This document shows, in pieces, positions 10,101 to 20,000 of a stretch of 20,000 nt of DNA. The stretch covers positions 46,040 to 66,039 of the forward strand of contig NGBS01000615.1 in assembly GCA_002245135.1 (NCBI GenBank). The letters are read 5' to 3'. Under the pieces are notes generated by a model. The model was not told the DNA's origin. It ran no database searches and saw nothing but the letters and a program-made list of their open reading frames with translations. This DNA is from Proteromonas lacertae (taxonomy: Eukaryota). The stretch's first letter is position 1; each line of letters starts with the position of its first letter. The translations under genes were made by a program, and so were the position numbers.

Positions 10101-11368
10101 TTAATATGTGTTTCTGTATCACATATTTTCAATGTATATGAACATTATTTATAAGTGTATAGATCATCATGTTGTTTATTCAACTGTATTTCATTCAATT
10201 TATTTTTTATGAGTAAATTAGCTTCTTTATTTTTCTTTTCTTCTTCTTCATAATCATATGATAGATTACTCTTCAGAAAGTATAGTAATACATATATAAA
10301 CGAGGTTTTGCCAATACCTGGCTGACCTGTTATCACTATATACGAATATATATCATCAAGTGATAAGATTTTTACATATATCTCGAAACATTGAATAATA
10401 ACTATCTCTTATGTAAATTATATTCTTGGGGAATTGGAATACTTTCATATTTGCATGTGTAAAATCTAAACAACTCTTTCTTTCATCATTTCCAACAGCT
10501 TTACCATCTTCTTTTAGTTTAGGAAGTTCAATTATACTCAAATTATTCACTATTCTCACAAAATTGTCTGGTAAATCTAGATAATTATCATTTTCATCAT
10601 GTAAGTATTTCAATTTTGTTAATAAATCATTTACATCGCTATTATTTAAGTAATCTCTTTGTTCTTTATTTAATATAAATCTACATTTTATTTCATGCTT
10701 TATTCTTTCAAGATCAATGTTTGTAATATTATCCTTTATTGATAATAGTTCAGATATCCAGTAATACTTTTCATAGTTGTAAATACTATATATAGTATTT
10801 GGCACATTTATTCCATGCATTACAGCTTCACCGTTTTCAACATTCACTACATTTAATAATTGATAATTCTCTTTCTCTATATAATATTCTTTTAATTTTA
10901 CTGAACCTTTTCTATCACCAATACTAATACATGGATAAATTGATGTATGTAAGTTTTCAAACACTTTTTTATCAATACCATTTCCTTGCTTAATGTACAT
11001 TACCTTTTCATTCATATTATATGTCAATTCACATATTTCTCCTTCTCTTCCTCGAATTGAAGATTTTATTAGATCTGTTTCACCTCCAATTGTATAACCA
11101 AAGCTAATATTTTCATTACTAACACATTTTATCTCAAAATAGAAATGATAAATTCCACTATTCTCCTTCATTTCTTCATTTATTTTAAAACAATATTTAC
11201 CATTACCTTCATCTTTAAGAACCTCATTACATACAACATACTGAATTATACAACTACTATTATTATAATATTTGTATAATTCTTCACTATACTTCAATTA
11301 ACTACATTACAACTTTTATCTTCAGTAGTATTAATATTATAATCTCTAATTGTATATCTTTTTATCAT
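7117..11368 (-). pseudogene. SPRY-headed Crinkler/RHS-type gene: SPRY - P-loop NTPase - REase-like - NTPase - REase-like, disrupted by 1-nt indels and in-frame stops
   Basis: Six track ORFs join into one frame from ATG 11368 (MIKRYTIRDY matches paralog MIKRYIINDY). Module 1: IYIRDSY, ITGQPGIGKT, IIVDT, ISSP, YGNIPR. Module 2: YLVRDCF, IFGHSKMGKS, IVISDEA, LANPS, then GILYE. One phase-0 intron (8715-8752). In-frame TAA 10145, TAG 8556, TAA 7365; frameshifts near 11298, 10368, 8148, 7580, 7495 and 7340. Confidence 0.78.
8715..8752 (-). other. 38-nt spliceosomal intron
   Basis: GTATTAAAAT..TAAAATAG; removal joins ..IKESIK to KYSKEKSDEF.. in frame with ORF 8106..8528. Confidence 0.75.
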
Positions 11369-11492
11369 AATCTTCTTACAATCATCACAATTATAAACTA
11401 AACCAATAAACTAATAATATATATTCTAATACTTCGAAAATTTATATATTAAAGCTAGCAAGATACCTTATAGATGAGATATGAGCAAAATT

Positions 11493-11516
11493 AATTTGAA
11501 TGAATAACCAATCAAA
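11493..11516. promoter_or_regulatory. Conserved upstream CCAAT-containing element
   Basis: 24/24 identity with 1316-1339; ~125 nt upstream of ATG 11368, with weaker flanking similarity. Confidence 0.55.
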
Positions 11517-13075
11517 TCGCTTATTTTTATTTTTTTGTATTTCATTTTTATCAAGATATATAAAAAGATGAAGCTTTATAATTTGATTATTGGTTTATTT
11601 TATCATGTTAAAACTATTTAAATGTTATTGAAAAATAACACCAACTATAATTATCCCATCTATTTTAAATAAATTTGATTTGACATTCATCTATATCATA
11701 ATTTACAAATATTCCATCTTTAATTGTAGTACTTCAACATATTTCATAAGTTACAAAACTATACAATATTAACAACACAAACATAACAATATATTCATGA
11801 TTAACACTATCACAACATTTATAAACCATTTCATTGTCAAAACCACTAACTAACACTAAAACTTAACATTCATCATTTATATCATCATACCATATACAAT
11901 ATACATAAATAAATCACAATTGAGTATTACTGTTTTTATTATACCTTCTGTAATTGAATTAAATCACATTTTAATTTTTGGGTTATTCACTATAAGAATT
12001 CTAATCTATTTTGCAAATAGGACTTATATACTTGACCCAAGCTGGGCTCGTTGAATTTTGACTTTAACACCATTTTCTTTTCGTTTTTTAATTGTCTTTA
12101 AGTTTGAATAAAAAGCCAATACTCTACACATCTATTAATTACATGTTGAAGTTTGTATTTAGCTATAAATTAAAAATATCAAATTTTAATACTTTTTAGA
12201 TAGACTTTTAATAGAAATTCCAACTCGACAGAACCAACAATATTTCTAAATTAAGTAATATTTCATAACTAAATTCGCTTGCTATTAGTAAACTATCAAA
12301 CACTGGGCAATCACTTTGTACCGAAGACTTATTAGAATTCTCGAATTATTCTTAAAGATAATATATAAATTGTAAATCTATGTGAGTAAAGCTAAGAAAA
12401 TATCTCCTTGTATATAAATGACATTTCAAATTTAGAGGATCTATTCTAATTAGTTGTTATATAGTTATATCTAATGTTTAATTGTATAATTATAAAATTT
12501 ATATTGCGTTATATGCACTTTCAAAGTAATATAGTAGAAAAAGTGATTAGCAACCTATATTACATATAACTTCAGATTGAATATTTATTTATTTGATTCA
12601 TGATAGAGAAATTAATACATATTCATTAGTATATGAAGAGAAAAATGAGAAAATAAAAAAAGTAAAAGAAGTAAAAATACATGTAATTGTCATCTTTTAA
12701 TGTAATTTTATTATTTGTGTAAAATATTATCATTTTGATTGTAATTAGTTATTTTAACTATTTTTGTATATAAACATGCATATATTTGCTAATTGTATAG
12801 AATAATATTCATAGTATCATGTGTATATACATTTAATGAAAAAGTAAATGATTTATACATTGATGATTAAGAAACAATTATAAAGAAGAAATGTGTGATG
12901 AAAATGATGAAATAATTACATTGTTAATATACGAAAGTGATATAAAGAAGTTCAAAGATGATAATTTAGGAATAAATAGATTAGATAATGTTGAGGAATA
13001 AGAAGAGGTATTAGAAAAAGACAAGAAGAGAAGAAGACAGTAAAGAGAAGTATTTTAATTGATTGAATTATGCGA

Positions 13076-13589
13076 TGTTGTTATAAGCCATTAGGAGATT
13101 TATGCCGTTGGGAGATAAATGGGTTTTATAGAAAATAATATGACAGTAGAGGGCTAGGTAGTGAGTTATATTCAAATATAATCTTATTTTGGTATATAAG
13201 CTACATTTGCGATATATTTTATTTAAAGCTTCTGGAGACAAAAATTCATCACCTGAGATGAATAAGATGTGAAAAAAAAGATGTTAAGGTAATTAAAAAA
13301 GGAAAAATAAAAATTGAGTTCAAACCTCTTTCAAGCCTATAATTTCAAATTCAATATTAAGTATAAAGAAATTAAAGTTATCTAATTCTAATCATTTTTA
13401 GCCTTAATTTCGTTTTCTACTATTGCTACAGATGTTTAATATTAAGTATAAACAAGCAGTGATACATATATAACTGAGTAACCAGAACAATAAAATATAA
13501 GTGTATTTTTGTAATATTTATGGGATTTAGATTACGTTTATAACTTCAACGCAATCTAAAATCCATTTATCTCCCAACGTTATACAACA
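13076..13589. mobile_element. Degenerate foldback/MITE related to 5560-6196
   Basis: Ends TGTTG..CAACA; 13106-13128 and 13557-13579 pair 22/23; 17-bp tandem GCCATTAGGAGATTTAT/GCCGTTGGGAGATAAAT. Core TCAAACCTCTTTCAAGCCTAT..ATTCTAATCATTT resembles TCAAGCCTCACTCAAGCCTAT..ATTCTAATCATTT at 5871-5949. Confidence 0.65.
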
Positions 13590-13615
13590 AATGTATTTGA
13601 TTTCATCATATATTT

Positions 13616-13623
13616 AACAAACA
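13616..13623 (-). promoter_or_regulatory. TGTTTGTT polyadenylation motif downstream of the transposase
   Basis: Exact motif on the minus strand ~36 nt after TAG 13660-13662. Confidence 0.55.
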
Positions 13624-13659
13624 AATATTATTAAACATTTAGAATATTAATTGATTAAA

Positions 13660-16600
13660 CTACAAATCTTTATAGAATGTTATTTCACTAATAAAGATAT
13701 AATATTCTACATCACTGAATTTGAATATATTATTAAATATAATAATATCATTTATATCAACAATTTTATCCAATGTAGTAATGCTTATATATTTGTATAT
13801 TGTTAATGTAATTTTTGTAACATTTATTTCATTATAATGGATTTGCGAATTATTTATTGACTTTATAATACCAAAATGAATATTTTCTCCACTATGGAAG
13901 GATATAATTGAATAATAATGAATAGATGGAAATGTTTTAAAAAGGTCAGATATTGATCTAGAATCATTAATAACTAGATTATATTTTCTATTGATCTTCA
14001 TTTTTTCATTATAATTATAAACATATATTTGGTTAATTGATGATATTGTATTTAAGATTGATGTTTTTTGATGATTATTACTTATAGAGATGTTTTTTAT
14101 TTGTTTATAACTTCTTTCATAAACACTTGTACTCTGGTGAATAAGCGGGCCTATATTAGACAAATATTTAATTAAGTGAACCAAATCATGACAGGATGGA
14201 GTGAAGAATATATATAATTCCATAATATTTAAATTAGTTACTAAAATGTCTTCCATCTTATTTAAAGTGATATTACTGAATTGATAGTTTAATGCATTAT
14301 TTACTATATCTATGATGTTGAATAATCCATCATAAATCATTATTTCACTCTCTTTTCTTAATTTTATTATCATTAGAGGTAGGATATATAAAAAGAAGTG
14401 GTTTTGTTCTATCATGTTATACTTTGTAAATTTATTTAGCTGAAGATTGTAAAATGATGAAGATTGAGTATAAACCATTTTAAATTGATTATTGTTGTAT
14501 AAATTAATTATATTGTCTTTCATTTGATCATAAAACCTATTAAAACAGTTGTTTATTGTATGCATCGCATCAAAAGTTATTAAGTTAATGTCATAGTAAA
14601 TTAATGATCGAAAACTGCTTTGTATATCTTCTTTGTGTTGCTTTTTATTGAAAGTTCTTAAAAATCTACTATATGAATAGTTATTAAATATATGGAATAG
14701 TCTTTTTTCTTTATATTGATAAAATTGAGGATATAAATTCTGATACTTCTTCTTATAAGCTCTCATTGAGTCTTTTATTTTTAATTTTTCTTCAACTACA
14801 ACATTATTGATTATTTTATTAATAGTAATGATTTTGGTAGTTGCTGTGCAAGTTCTACAGAAACTATTACTACCTACGAAATTATGTAATTTCATTAGTT
14901 TTATTATTCCAATCATATCACCTACTATACTTACCAAATATATATTATATTTGACACCTTCTACCTCTATACCTTTAATAAATATATTGTTTAATTCATC
15001 AACTACTAATTTTGTAATATCATTTATATTATCATCATTATCACTTATATTTATTACTTGAAGTAATTTACTGTCATTATAATTATTTAATACTTTGTAT
15101 GATAAAACATTTACACTTTTTTTAATAAAGCTAAAGTGATTTATTTCAACACCATCACTACTGATCTGTAACAAAATATGTCTGAAATTTTCTCTATTTA
15201 CATCTAAATTATAAATGTTTTTGTAATTGTTACTACTATAAATGCTCTTATATTTGCTTTTATTATTATTAATTGAATCATCAAATTTAATTATTTTCTT
15301 CTTCAACATTTTTCTAATCCCACTTTCAATTGTAATATAATTATTTTTGTCTGGTTTTTTTAATCCTACTACCTTTTCAACATAATCTCGTAAAGGCTTG
15401 AATGTTTCTTTTAAATGTAAATTCTTTATTGTTTCTATTGAGTTTAATTGTTTCAATAACTTATTTACTTTATCTTGAGATATAGAATTCTTCAGAAAGA
15501 AATAGTATAAGTATACCGATAATTTTTCTTTATCACTATCGCCATTTCTACCTTCATATTCACTATCTCTATCATCATATAATACTGAATCATCTAATAT
15601 TTCATCGTTATCATCATCATCATCACGAAAACCAACATATCCATCATCATTACCATCTCTTCCATTTTCATCTACAGCTATTTCCTCTTCATCAGTCATT
15701 ATTTCTAATTCAATTTCATCTCCATCATTACTATCTTCATCATATACATTATTATTTCTATTAGAAATGTCATTCTTTGTTATATTATTAAGAATATTAT
15801 AATCTTCATCATTAGTATTATCATCATTGTCAGAACTATCTGTTTCATCTTCATAACCATCTGCTGCAATATCATCATATTCGTTACTTATATTATTATT
15901 ATCAACATCTATTCTTTTATTATTGTGTGTATCTTCTCTATTAATTACTTTTTCTCTTCTTTTTCTTTTTCCTCTATTCATTACACTATCAATATTTATT
16001 TCATCTAGTGAAATATAATGAACTTTATCTTCTACAGAGTATTGAATAATGTACTTACCTTTTCTATATTCTTCATTAATTGTTTCTTTAATTTTCAAAA
16101 AATCTAATACAGCTGATTTATTGTTTCTACTTGATCTTGTAACATATCCTTTACTTTGTATTGTATAATTATATGACAATATTCTATCAATTATTACATT
16201 TGTTAAATAATAAGGAAAATCAATTCTAATTGATTTACCAACCAAATATTCCATATCTTCCACTGATTTTTTACTAGTATAATTTCTTTTGAATAAAAAT
16301 GGATTGATAGAATCTAATACACAATAATTATTATTTATATAATCTATATCATTAATACTACTTACCATTTTTTTATTATAATTGATTGTTTTTCCCTTTA
16401 TTACATTAAAACTTTTATAGAATTGAGGATAATATAATTTCTCTATTATAACCTCTTCATTTGCTTTCTTTATAATTTCTCTATCCAACTCTCCTATTAC
16501 ATCAAATACATATTTTACACACTTTCCAAAATCTCTGTATTTATTATTAATTCTTTTATAACAATCAATTAACTTATAAAACAATGGTATATTTCTTTCT

Positions 16601-17052
16601 ACATTTGTAGTAATTACTTTACTGAAATATATAAAAGCAAGAAATAGAAAGTTATCAATAACTTTATCCATTATTACATCTTTTTCATTATTATAGAAAA
16701 GAAAATCTTCATTTTTATTATCTAAATTTTGTCTTAAGTAATATTGAGCCACTTTTGTAGATATGAATTGATTTTTATAAATTATAATAACATTAAATCT
16801 TAACAATGTAATGATGATGGATGGTTTGTCTGTTTGAAAATATATATTTACTTTCTTATTATTGTATATATTAATTAATTCATCAATATTTGTGAATTCT
16901 TCATAAAAAACTACTTCATAATATTTTTGAGTATTTTCATTGAAATTATAAATAGTATCATCAACTACCAACACGTTGTAAGAATTACTATAATAAACAT
17001 CATCATGTATTATATTAGGGTATAATTGAACTAGAATGTCTAAAAATTTCAT
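13660..17052 (-). CDS. CMC (CACTA/EnSpm/Mirage-like) DDE transposase with a long N-terminal extension and acidic linker
   Basis: Intact intronless 1130-aa ORF. C-terminal half carries ISSDG, SIVGDM, NFVGSNSFCRTC, FDAMH and TPSCHDLVHL..IGPL..STSVYERSYKQIK, the ordered motif set of tnp2/CMC transposases. Also RGKRKRR (NLS-like) and a D/E-rich tract at about aa 390-510. Confidence 0.88.
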   Translation of the reverse strand: MKFLDILVQLYPNIIHDDVYYSNSYNVLVVDDTIYNFNENTQKYYEVVFYEEFTNIDELINIYNNKKVNIYFQTDKPSIIITLLRFNVIIIYKNQFISTKVAQYYLRQNLDNKNEDFLFYNNEKDVIMDKVIDNFLFLAFIYFSKVITTNVERNIPLFYKLIDCYKRINNKYRDFGKCVKYVFDVIGELDREIIKKANEEVIIEKLYYPQFYKSFNVIKGKTINYNKKMVSSINDIDYINNNYCVLDSINPFLFKRNYTSKKSVEDMEYLVGKSIRIDFPYYLTNVIIDRILSYNYTIQSKGYVTRSSRNNKSAVLDFLKIKETINEEYRKGKYIIQYSVEDKVHYISLDEINIDSVMNRGKRKRREKVINREDTHNNKRIDVDNNNISNEYDDIAADGYEDETDSSDNDDNTNDEDYNILNNITKNDISNRNNNVYDEDSNDGDEIELEIMTDEEEIAVDENGRDGNDDGYVGFRDDDDDNDEILDDSVLYDDRDSEYEGRNGDSDKEKLSVYLYYFFLKNSISQDKVNKLLKQLNSIETIKNLHLKETFKPLRDYVEKVVGLKKPDKNNYITIESGIRKMLKKKIIKFDDSINNNKSKYKSIYSSNNYKNIYNLDVNRENFRHILLQISSDGVEINHFSFIKKSVNVLSYKVLNNYNDSKLLQVINISDNDDNINDITKLVVDELNNIFIKGIEVEGVKYNIYLVSIVGDMIGIIKLMKLHNFVGSNSFCRTCTATTKIITINKIINNVVVEEKLKIKDSMRAYKKKYQNLYPQFYQYKEKRLFHIFNNYSYSRFLRTFNKKQHKEDIQSSFRSLIYYDINLITFDAMHTINNCFNRFYDQMKDNIINLYNNNQFKMVYTQSSSFYNLQLNKFTKYNMIEQNHFFLYILPLMIIKLRKESEIMIYDGLFNIIDIVNNALNYQFSNITLNKMEDILVTNLNIMELYIFFTPSCHDLVHLIKYLSNIGPLIHQSTSVYERSYKQIKNISISNNHQKTSILNTISSINQIYVYNYNEKMKINRKYNLVINDSRSISDLFKTFPSIHYYSIISFHSGENIHFGIIKSINNSQIHYNEINVTKITLTIYKYISITTLDKIVDINDIIIFNNIFKFSDVEYYIFISEITFYKDL

Positions 17053-17137
17053 ATTTATATATAAATATTAATTCTCTTTTATTCTTTTTTATTCTTTTTT
17101 ATTTTTTCATTATAAAGTAATATAATATATATCTATA

Positions 17138-17179
17138 TAATAATAATAATAATAGTAATAGTAATAGCAATAGTAATAA
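17138..17179. repeat. (TAA)n/(TAATAG)n microsatellite
   Basis: TAATAATAATAATAATAGTAATAGTAATAGCAATAGTAATAA upstream of the transposase. Confidence 0.85.
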
Positions 17180-17920
17180 GCCAAAGGGGGAAATAACCGT
17201 TATATTGCTACAGAGTATTCTTAAGTCATCCTGACAAATAGTCAGTGGCTTAGGTATCTATTATTACATTTATAATGGATGATGAGTATTAGTCACCATT
17301 ATCTGTTTCTATTATAAAAACCATACATCAAATGTATAGGAAGCTTTTATTTTACCTGTATATCAGTTTATAATAACACTAATTCAAATAATCATTAGCT
17401 AATGATACTTTTGCATATAACATATTCGGTGTTATCTTAGTTGTTGTAATATCCAACCTAAATAAGAAACAAATCCAATTCGAACATTTACTACTGAATT
17501 AATAGTATAAACATGTGGAAGATTGTAATATTCTCTTAGGTTTATCATATTCTCTCTTCTCTTCACTTCCTATATTCACAATTTGCATAACCAAGTCGAA
17601 AAATTACTCACTATACTCATTCTACTCACATGATAGTAATTTGTTGTAACATTAGTATAAATACAATCACATATAAAATAATTCCTTGAATCTATTGAAA
17701 TTTGATTTTTAGACAATAACTTATATAGCCAATAGATTAATTTGCATATTTACTTTCTCTTAACCGCCTTTCACTTCACATTTTTACTTGGATATTTATT
17801 TTAAGCATCTTTATGTGAATCAAACATCAAATTGACATGTACACTATATATTATTATCTATTCACTATAATAAAAATAATCTAAACTTATACATTCATTT
17901 AATTTCTCAAAACTTAAAAA

Positions 17921-19791
17921 ATGAAACGAATATAATTTTTGAAATACACTTTAATTCTTTTTTCTTCTGTTGTGTTATGAGTATATATAGTATATAATTT
18001 TATATAGAATATAACAATGGCAGCACAAGTGTTGTTATTACAGATAAGAAATATACAAAACAATACAAAGAGCAGGAATTGATTATAATTGTTGAAGGAA
18101 GTATAATATTATCATATATGTTAATTAGATAATAGTTCTAATAATTAAAAATCAAAGATATTATAACTAAGGGAAGAATTAAGAACATTTGAAGAAAAAA
18201 ATACAACTATCATCTTTGATTTAGTCTGTCTTACTAAAGCTCATCAACTACATATACAAACTTTTACCTTGTTAATACATTTGGCACTTTTGATGTACAA
18301 CATATTATTCGAGTTATAAAGTAGTAGGAAATTCAACTATTTCTGTTAATTTAGCATATTGGTATTATAGGCAATTATCATATATTTTATTATCTAAATT
18401 AGGTGTCAGACTAGGATAATTAGAATATAAACCAAGTTTACCATCAACGATTAATCCAACAAATACAAATAAGTATAATTGTTATTATAATATAAAATAG
18501 TAAAGTCTGATGATGAAGAAGCTAAGATGAATTAGTATATTTTTTATAATTATTTTTGTTAGGATGAATTATTAGGTATGTTTATTCAACAATTGGTGTG
18601 ATTTCAGGTGTTGCCAAAACAGTAACTGTAGAAAAGACATATATCGTAAGTTCAACAATTCATTCGATGAGAACACGAAAATTAAGTATGATGATACGAA
18701 TATTCTGATTTTATTTTATTTATTCATAGTAATTAAAAAACTTGGAAGCTTCTAAACCATCTCCAATTCAAGAGTATTTAGCTGATGTTATTCTTGGATT
18801 AATTGATTTAGAAACAGTTCAATCATTGTATTTATTGAATCAAGTTAATGATAATCCTATATTTAAGAAGTATTTGATCTATTATTTACTCTATTTAGTT
18901 TTTACTCCATTATATGAAAATAACATTTGGATTTGTATATAGTGGTATTATTGAGTTAGTATATCCAGTATTATTTTTATTATTTTATAATAGGTAAATG
19001 AATATATTCTTATAAGTATATTAGTATATTATTCTTATTTATATATTGTTAGTAGAGTATTGAATATAATTTCAATAATTCAAAGTATATTCTTATTTAT
19101 ATATTATCATTAGATGAATTGCATTAGAATTCCAGGTGAAGAACAGTAGAAACATCCAGTTTATATATTATATTTTATAATTAGAAAAAGTATAACTATT
19201 TTAGTATATTATATTTTATTATAGCTGTTTAGCATTGTACTAATCGATGAAAGGCCAGAGAATATCAGCAACTTGCATGTTAAGCTATACTGGTATGTTT
19301 TAATTTGTTATTATGTTTATAGATATTATAGATGATTATATAAGTATTATAGTTATTTTTATATTTTAATAGTTATTTTATTAGAATAGCAACAGAATTC
19401 CAGGGGAGAAGAATATTGATTCAGTAATTTATCTATAATATATGTTATACAGTGTATTTATGGGTTTAGCTATTCAGATTAACATAATAATACAGCATAT
19501 AGTGCTGATATGAAAAATATTTTGATATCTTCTTAATTAGAAGCAATTAGTCAAAAATAGCAATATGGCTCTATTTAACTACACACACATACATCAAAAA
19601 TCACATAATATCATGATTACATTCAATTACCTAGTCAAAATTAATATCGTCCTTTCTGGAATACTCCTATACTATACATATCGTATATAGGTAGTGATTA
19701 CGTATAAAATTTATTAACATATTTCAGTCCCTATTAGCCAAATACGTGGTATTTAAAATCAGTACAGTTCGAGATGTATTATAGTTTTTAA
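17921..19791 (+). pseudogene. Intron-dense secreted/surface protein-like locus (one or two genes) with in-frame TAA/TAG and some phase conflicts
   Basis: Signal-peptide-like start MKRI*FLKYTLILFSSVVL; Ig-like motif STIGVISGVAKTVTVEKTYIVS (~18585-18650); short GT..AG introns at 18101-18128, 18473-18500, 18535-18562, 19024-19052, 19085-19113, 19293-19322 and 19424-19452. Exact exon chain unresolved. Confidence 0.6.
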
Positions 19792-19841
19792 AGCTAATAA
19801 ATGATATAAATCAAATAAAAATATATCAATGTTATTATTTA

Positions 19842-19849
19842 TGTTTGTT
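19842..19849 (+). promoter_or_regulatory. TGTTTGTT polyadenylation motif
   Basis: Exact motif ~50 nt after the probable end of the last exon. Confidence 0.5.
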
Positions 19850-20000
19850 GTTATTCAATTATAATGTAACATATCAAAAACAGACGAATGACATGAAAGA
19901 GGTAATTATGAAACTAAGTATACTATGATAAAGCTCAAAGCATGATACATCGTTTGACAAATTTTTACTATTTTATTCCTTATAGTTATTGAGAAAAATC

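Noticed and set aside
12835..13043. Acidic short frame MCDENDE..VEE*EEVLEKDKKRRRQ
   Set aside because: Too short and fragmentary to call; the in-frame TAA could be a simple GAA>TAA change.
14807..15061. 84-aa plus-strand ORF
   Set aside because: Antisense shadow inside the transposase.
12301..17247. Candidate CACTG terminal inverted repeats for the transposase (12301-12343 vs 17212-17247)
   Set aside because: Alignment needs several gaps and the flanks (AAA vs GCT) give no TSD; may be chance.
17250..17600. Coding-like fragments on the minus strand (e.g. EYYNLPHVYTINSVVNVRIGF)
   Set aside because: Multiple frame changes and no recognisable family; at best a decayed remnant.
1..20000. CRISPR array or prokaryotic defence operon
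   Set aside because: No regularly spaced direct repeats; introns and Pol III-type 5S genes show the DNA is eukaryotic.

Overview
Very AT-rich eukaryotic DNA, most like Blastocystis or a relative (inferred from 28-38 nt GT..AG introns, TGTTTGTT-type motifs downstream of genes, and Ig-like/Cys-module surface proteins). It is a repeat-rich accessory region. It holds two paralogous minus-strand SPRY-headed genes; the complete copy (7117-11368) has a Crinkler/RHS-type double NTPase + restriction-endonuclease-like architecture. A ~730 bp inverted repeat carries a 5S rRNA gene in each arm and brackets two divergent gene remnants. There are two related TGTTG..CAACA foldback elements, an LTR-like segment followed by a GC-richer coding island, an intact 1130-aa CMC/CACTA-type transposase and an intron-dense surface-protein-like locus. 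The most unusual signal is repeated in-frame TAA/TAG (and two TGA at Trp-like positions) inside otherwise continuous protein-like frames, which raises the possibility of stop-codon reassignment or context-dependent termination. Pseudogene decay remains a serious alternative, and all domain calls are by-eye motif recognition.
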